A stretch of 64,000 nt of DNA, taken from assembly GCF_009914755.1 (NCBI RefSeq), contig NC_060934.1, one strand, 5' to 3'. The DNA comes from the human T2T-CHM13v2.0 reference genome, Homo sapiens. This document shows positions 57,995 through 64,000 of the stretch, piece by piece (within the stretch, counting starts at the first letter, position 1; every line of letters begins with the position of its first letter). The translations under genes and the position numbers were made by a program. The notes beneath the pieces were generated by a model. That model was not told where the DNA came from, made no database searches, and worked only from the letters and a program-made list of their open reading frames with translations.

Positions 57995-59020
57995 GCTTTT
58001 TATTTTAAAATAATTAAATATTATATTCACAAGAATTTGCAAGATAGTACAGAGAGGAACCTACACCCTTCACCCAGTTTCTTCCAATGGTTCTGTGGTA
58101 CATAACTACATTACAATATAAATACCAGGAAGTTGTCATTGGTGCAATGCATGTGTATAGCTTCATGCCATTTTATCTTGTGTATAGATTCTTGTAACTA
58201 CCATCACCACAGCTAAAATACAGACCTATTCCTTATCACGAAGATCTCCCTCATATTACCCTTCTACAGTCACAACTACACTCTCCTCCAACCATTTCTA
58301 AACCCTGATAACCACTTACTTGTTCTCTATTCTATAGTTTTATTTCAAGAATCCTATATAAATGGAGTCATACAGCCGGGCGCGTTGGCTCACGCCTGTA
58401 ATCCCAGCACTTTGGGAGGCCAAGGAGGGTGGATCACGAGGTCAGGAGTTCAAGACCAGCCTGGCCAAGATGGTGAAACGCCATCTCTACTAAAAATACA
58501 AAAATTAGCTGGGCGTGGTGGTGGGTGCTTGTAGTCCCAGCTACTTGGGAGGCTGAGGCAGAGAATTGCTTGAACCCGAGAGGCAGAGGTTGCAGTGAGC
58601 CGAGATCACGCCACTGCACTCTAGCCTGGGCGACAGAGCGAGACTCTATCTCAAAAAAAAAAAAAAAAAGAAAGGAGTCATACAATATATAACTTCCTGA
58701 TATTAACTTTTTTTAACTTTGTGTAATACCTTTGATCCATCCAAATTGTTGCATGTATCAAGTTTGTTCCTTTTTATTGATGAATAGTATTGTATGGGAT
58801 GGATATTCCAGTTCGTTTAACCATTCATTTGTTGAAGGACATTTTGATTGTTTCCAGTTTTCACTATTACAAATACACTTGCTATGAACAATCATGTAAA
58901 TGTTTTCATCTGGACATACATTTTCATTGTTCTGTGGTAAATATCTAGAATTATGACTGCTGGGTCATATGGTAAATGTATATTTAGTTTATTTTTGTTT
59001 GTTTTTAAGAAACTGCCATT
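57995..59020 (-). mobile_element. Old L1 3' region (L1MC/MD-like) split by an Alu
   Basis: GATAGTACAGAGAG..CCTTCACCCAGTTTC; TTTAACCATTCATTTGTTGAAGGACATTT; GCTGGGTCATATGGTAA. Confidence 0.85.
58375..58670 (+). mobile_element. AluSg7-like
   Basis: GGCCAAGATGGTGAAAC, GAGGCAGAGAATTGC; TSD AA(T/A)GGAGTCATACA. Confidence 0.95.
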
Positions 59021-59108
59021 TTCTCCCCCCAAAAGGATTAATGTTTAACCACTGTATTTTAGTTATTTTAGTACTTACTATATTTGGATAAACAGTATCC
59101 ATGATGGC

Positions 59109-61120
59109 TGTGGTAGGGATAGAGACAGGAGATAGCGGGAGGTCCAGCGAAACTCCACCTTCAAGCCTAGGGCAGCCTGAAGACTGAAAAACCAGACTGC
59201 GGGTACCAGATGAAGTCTGTCACCTCCTAACTGATTCTCTCTGAATAATGCCCACCTGCGCACTAGGGGAAGGAGCTGGAGCCAGGAGAAGCTTAAACTG
59301 TTTTCAGAGGGGAGGAGCCAGGCCTCTCCAGCTCCTGTGTGGTGGCCTGGGATTCAATCTGTGAGGCAGGAGACCTGCCAACAGGAGTCTCTCACTTTGC
59401 TGAAAGTTCCTCTTTCCTTTTTTCTTTTCACCTAATAAGCCTGTCCTACTCACCCTGCAATGTGTCCGCATGCCTAAATTTTCTGGGCCATATGACAAGA
59501 ACCTGTTTTTTTCTAGAACAGTAGCCAGCTTGCAATATTTTCAATATGGTCCCCAACGATCCCTGCCTCCTCCCAATATTCACAGCCTTGTGTAATCCCC
59601 TCCCACATTTTTCTAGGTTTAGAATGTGTGGTCAATAGTTTAAAACAGAAGTGATGGTAGACTTCCAAGATTAGGTTGTAAAAGACTGTGGTTTCATCTC
59701 TCTCTCTCTCTTTCTCTCTGTCTGTCTCTCTTCATATGGCCTGAAGGAAGTCATGTTGGAAGGAACCCTATAGGCGAGCTCAGTTCTAAAGAACTGAAGC
59801 CTTCTGCAAAAACCACATGAGCAAACTTGAAAGTGAATCGTTCAGCCCCAGTTAAGCCTTCAGAGACTACAACTCTAGCAAACACTTCAACTGTAATCTT
59901 TTAAGAGACCCTAAGCCAAACTCAACTAGCTAAGACACTGCCAGATTCCTTAAGAAGCTAAGTTTTGTGTTATTTGTTACTCAAGCATACACAGCAAATA
60001 TATATTTTGACACAAAAGTGCAGTGATGCCAAAATAAAAACTTAAAATGTAAGAGTGGCTTTGGAACCACCTAATGAATGGAGCTGAATAAACTCTAAAG
60101 ATTTTGAGAAGACTGCTAGTGATATCTTAAAGAGCCTTTTACACACTGTTCATAGAATTTTGACTTTGATGAATAACTCCTGGGCAGATACAGGACAGAG
60201 TCCTAATCAAGAAACTTCCAAATTTTTCCTGACTGAATTTAAAACTTCCTAGGAACAAAGACTCCTTTGTAACTTCCATTGTTCTCCTTTCTTATTAGAA
60301 ATACCTATAGTGGTTATTCATATGCTTGTCCCACCTTCGTATGTTGGTTATGTGGGAACAGATAACTTATCTCTTGAGTTTACAGGTCTATAAATCAAGA
60401 TAAACATACTGGAGCTTTACCTACAGAACTGCACCCAAGAAAACTTATCATAACTGGTCCTGATTCATATAGTGAAATTCTAGATTATGAGCTGATGCTG
60501 TAATAGGATGAGGCTTTGTGGGGTATCGGGGGTGGGTGGCGAGGGGCCTTGGGAAAGGGTGAGTGTGTTTTCAGTGTGGGAGGGATATGAATCATCAGCA
60601 GATAGAGGAAAAACTGTAGCATCCAGGCCCCAAAATGGCTCCCAGTGATTGCTGAATCCTGGTTTCACACTCTTCTCATGGTCCCTCCTATATTGTATTA
60701 GGATCAGTCTATGTGACCAATAGAATATGACTGAAGTAATAGTATAGTGTGTCACTGCTGAGATTCAGTTATAGAAAATTGTGGCTTCCGTTTTGTTCCC
60801 TCTCTCTCTCATCATTTGCTTTAAAGAAAGACATGATGTAAGTAGCCCACATGGTGAAAAACTGAATCCTCCTCTTAACAGCCACATGAGAAACCTTAGA
60901 GTCAGATCCCTAGTCCCAATTAAGTCTTTTTTTTTCTTTTTTGAAACTGCACCTCTAGCCAACACCTCGATTGAAACCTCATGAGACAACTGAGATAAAA
61001 TCATTCAGCTAAGCCACTCCAGCATTCTTGATCCACAGAAACTTTTGGATAATAAATGTCCTATTTTCAAGCCACTATGATTTGGGGTAATTTGTTATGC
61101 AGCAATAGGAAACTACTACT
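59109..61120 (+). mobile_element. MaLR provirus (MLT1F/G-like): 5' LTR ~59109-60002, short internal region ~60003-60614, 3' LTR ~60615-61120
   Basis: Two related LTRs; internal region has GAGTGGCTTTGGAAC near its start and a purine tract before TGTAGC. Confidence 0.8.
59117..59520 (+). mobile_element. ERV1 solo LTR (MER61-like) nested in a MaLR LTR
   Basis: GATAGAGACAGGAGA..CACCTTCAAGCCTA..GAATAATGCCCACCTGCGCACT..AGAACA; perfect 4-bp TSD GTAG at 59113-59116 and 59521-59524. Confidence 0.8.
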
Positions 61121-61145
61121 GTGATTAATAAGACTTAAGAATAAA

Positions 61146-61551
<406 letters not shown>

Positions 61552-61660
61552 TCAGAATTATTGTTTCAGAAAGGCATAAGTGAACTGTGATTATAATTTG
61601 TAGAACATATCTCTAACATATTGAAGTGTATCCTTTTGAAACAGGAAATTTTCTCTGACT

Positions 61661-62351
61661 TGTTTACTCAGCCGGTAGTTCTCAACCCCTGAGAGGGTGC
61701 AGGGGCTGGGATGAGTGCTTCTGGGCGCCAGCAGGGGCAGAACTCTGTGTGGCCCCGTGGCAGAGTTTTGGAGGGTACCTGCGACCCCTGGAGCTGAAGA
61801 GGGTGTGTGATACAGTGTGGTCTGTTAGCTTTGCTGTCTACGGACGGCTTAAGTATTTAACAGCTCATTGTGACAGCCCTCTGTATTTCGAGCTCTTGTT
61901 CAGCATCCAAGAAGAATCAGGCCGCACAAACGAATTGAAGACGGTAAATGTGGGGGATTTTATTGCCGATGGAAGTGGCTCTCAGCAGGATGGGAAGCTG
62001 GAAAGGGAGGGGAGTGGGAAGGTGGTCTTCCCCTGGAGTTCAGGGCAGCCAAACTCTTCTCCACAGTCCCACCATCAAGCCGTCCCTCTGAAGTCAAGCT
62101 GCTTCTCACCAACATCAAGCTGCTTCTCTTCTCTCCTTCTCTGCCACATGCTGCCAGTGGAGCCTGGGATTTTTATAGGTACAGGATGGGGGGTGAGGTG
62201 GGCCAGAGTGGTTTTGAAAAAGACAACATTCAAGCCAGAAAACAGGGATGTAAAGTTCTCACTTTGGGCCGTGGGTCCAGGCTTGATGGTAGGGCCCTCG
62301 CCAGGGATCGCCCGCTTCTACCCAGTATTTCCCTGCCCTCTGTCCATATCA
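61661..62351 (-). mobile_element. ERV1 solo LTR (LTR1/LTR27/LTR28/MER52 group)
   Basis: Reverse complement begins TGATATGGACAGAGGGCAGGGGAAATACTGGGTAGAAG; GC-rich; ends AACA. Confidence 0.8.
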
Positions 62352-63819
62352 CTTTTGGAGGAAAATAGCAAACAAAAGAAGCTGTAAGTGTGTCTCCTAT
62401 ACTATTCAGGAGAGCACATATTCTGACCAGGTAATATGAATTCATTTGGCCAGTGTCTAATCTTATCAAGGATTGCATAGAACTGATGACATTAAATAAT
62501 TACACCAGCTCATCTGGTTGTGATACCACATTCACAAAGACACCATCTAATTATAACCTGGCTTAACTCATAAATTTTCCTAGAGAAGGCCCAGTTCACT
62601 AGCTACCTGATATTTGTTTCTAAGCTAGCTGGTATTTGTGACCTGTACCATAAACAAGCATTCTGATTTTTATGTAAGTGATATGTGGTCATGTTAGCAG
62701 AAGCCAGTTACGGTAACTCAGATCAATTCTGGATGCCCTGCAGAAAAAAATAAGCTTCTTAATTTTTAAGTCAAAAGAGCATGGGAACTGCACTGAGATC
62801 TTAACAACTAGTGCTCTTTCCTCTGCCCCTTCAACAGCAGTGAGCTGGCCTCAATTCCATCTCTGATTTTACTCACTTTAAATTCAATACTACTATTACT
62901 AAATCTCACTGTGTTACCCATTCAACCAAATATAACTTAGTAATAGTTTTCAGGCAATTGAGAACATACTTCCATTTAACAATGACAAGAACAACAAAAT
63001 GCTAGATGAATGAATGAATGATAGGTCAGTTAACTTTTAGAAGCTGTAGTTAAAAGCAAGTATTTTGAATGTATTAACAAGGCAATGTAACATGCTGGGA
63101 GCGGGGGAATCTCATGTCATGTTTAGTGTGTGTATTTGCTACAATTTGTCAGTCAAGTATAATTTTACAAAGACCTTGTATTTAGAATCAAATCGCAATG
63201 CTTGGAAGTAATTGAGTTGCATTTTGGGATTTGCCTTAAGGGAGATAGAAGGTGAGAGGCTTCTAGCTTAAGTACAATTACAGAAAAGGGCCTTGCATTT
63301 TTATGACTTAGGTTATTGGCCAATCAATGGGTCATTGGATCTTTATTATTTTAATTAAAATTGGTTCACTTTGATGACATAAAACATATTGATTATGGGT
63401 ATTCTCCTCAGAGTCTTGAAAGATTTGGTAGAAAATAGCAGTCTCTACCTTTCTCATGTACCCATCAATTCTGTTAACCCTCTTAGTCTGATTTCTCTTT
63501 TCTTCTTTGATTTTACTTCTACATCACTTTTTGTTTTTATTCATATTTTGCAGTAATCTTATGGAAATGACACCCACCCCTACACAGCGTATAACCAGGA
63601 GTCATTACTACTCTGTATTTGATAAGTGTAGAAAGGGCCATTGCTCATGCAAATGTCTACACATTCTCTGCATAGCTACTTACTATTAGCTTCAATATTG
63701 TTTAACTCAAACACTGTAATTTTGACCATAGACCCAAAATTATTCTGTTATTTTCTTTTTCACTCATGTGTTTATGCATTTATTAAAAAATATTTCAGTA
63801 CTTACTGTGTATTAAGTTG

Positions 63820-64000
63820 GGAAGGAAGGAAAGAAGGGAGAGAAAGAAGAAAATAAAGAAAGAGAGAAAGAAGGAAAGAAAGAAAGAAAGAAAAAGAAAG
63901 AACGAAAGAAAGAAAGAAAGAAAGAAAGAAAAAGAAAGAAAGAAAAGAGAGGAAGAGAGTAAGGAAGGGAGGGATGGAGGAAGGAAGGGAGGGAGGAAGG
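63820..64000. repeat. GA-rich (GAAA)n/(GGAA)n tract
   Basis: Directly visible. Confidence 0.95.

Noticed and set aside
61725-61740. CTCF-like CGCCAGCAGGGGCAG
   Set aside because: One G short of core spacing and lies within an LTR
61749-62387. Longest ORF (212 aa)
   Set aside because: Lies antisense within a GC-rich ERV1 LTR, starts at GTG, and has no recognisable domain

Overview
This is AT-rich primate DNA, most likely human or great ape: it carries AluY/S/J, L1PB, MaLR and ERV1 LTRs. I found no intact protein-coding gene, RNA gene, CpG island or CRISPR array. The ORF track is mostly explained by L1 relics, Alus, LTRs, microsatellites and chance ORFs. Roughly half the window is recognisable interspersed repeat: a long 5' L1PB piece at 1-4950, 14 Alus, L2/MIR, MER DNA transposons, several solo LTRs and a MaLR provirus with a nested ERV1 LTR. 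Subfamily names come from recalled consensus sequences and need RepeatMasker/Dfam confirmation. I cannot name the locus and see no convincing new biological system. The best leads are: (i) a gapless 77-bp L2-derived inverted repeat whose mismatches become G-U pairs almost only on the minus strand; (ii) several local-copy scars, including a ~215-bp duplication bracketing an MLT1A LTR, an 84-bp MaLR-int patch inside another LTR, and fold-back hairpins in Alus/L1; (iii) a phase-compatible chain of four exon-like segments at 11.6-14.0 kb that could be a decayed gene; (iv) a CTCF/ETS/CRE/ARE motif cluster at 22.1-22.4 kb.
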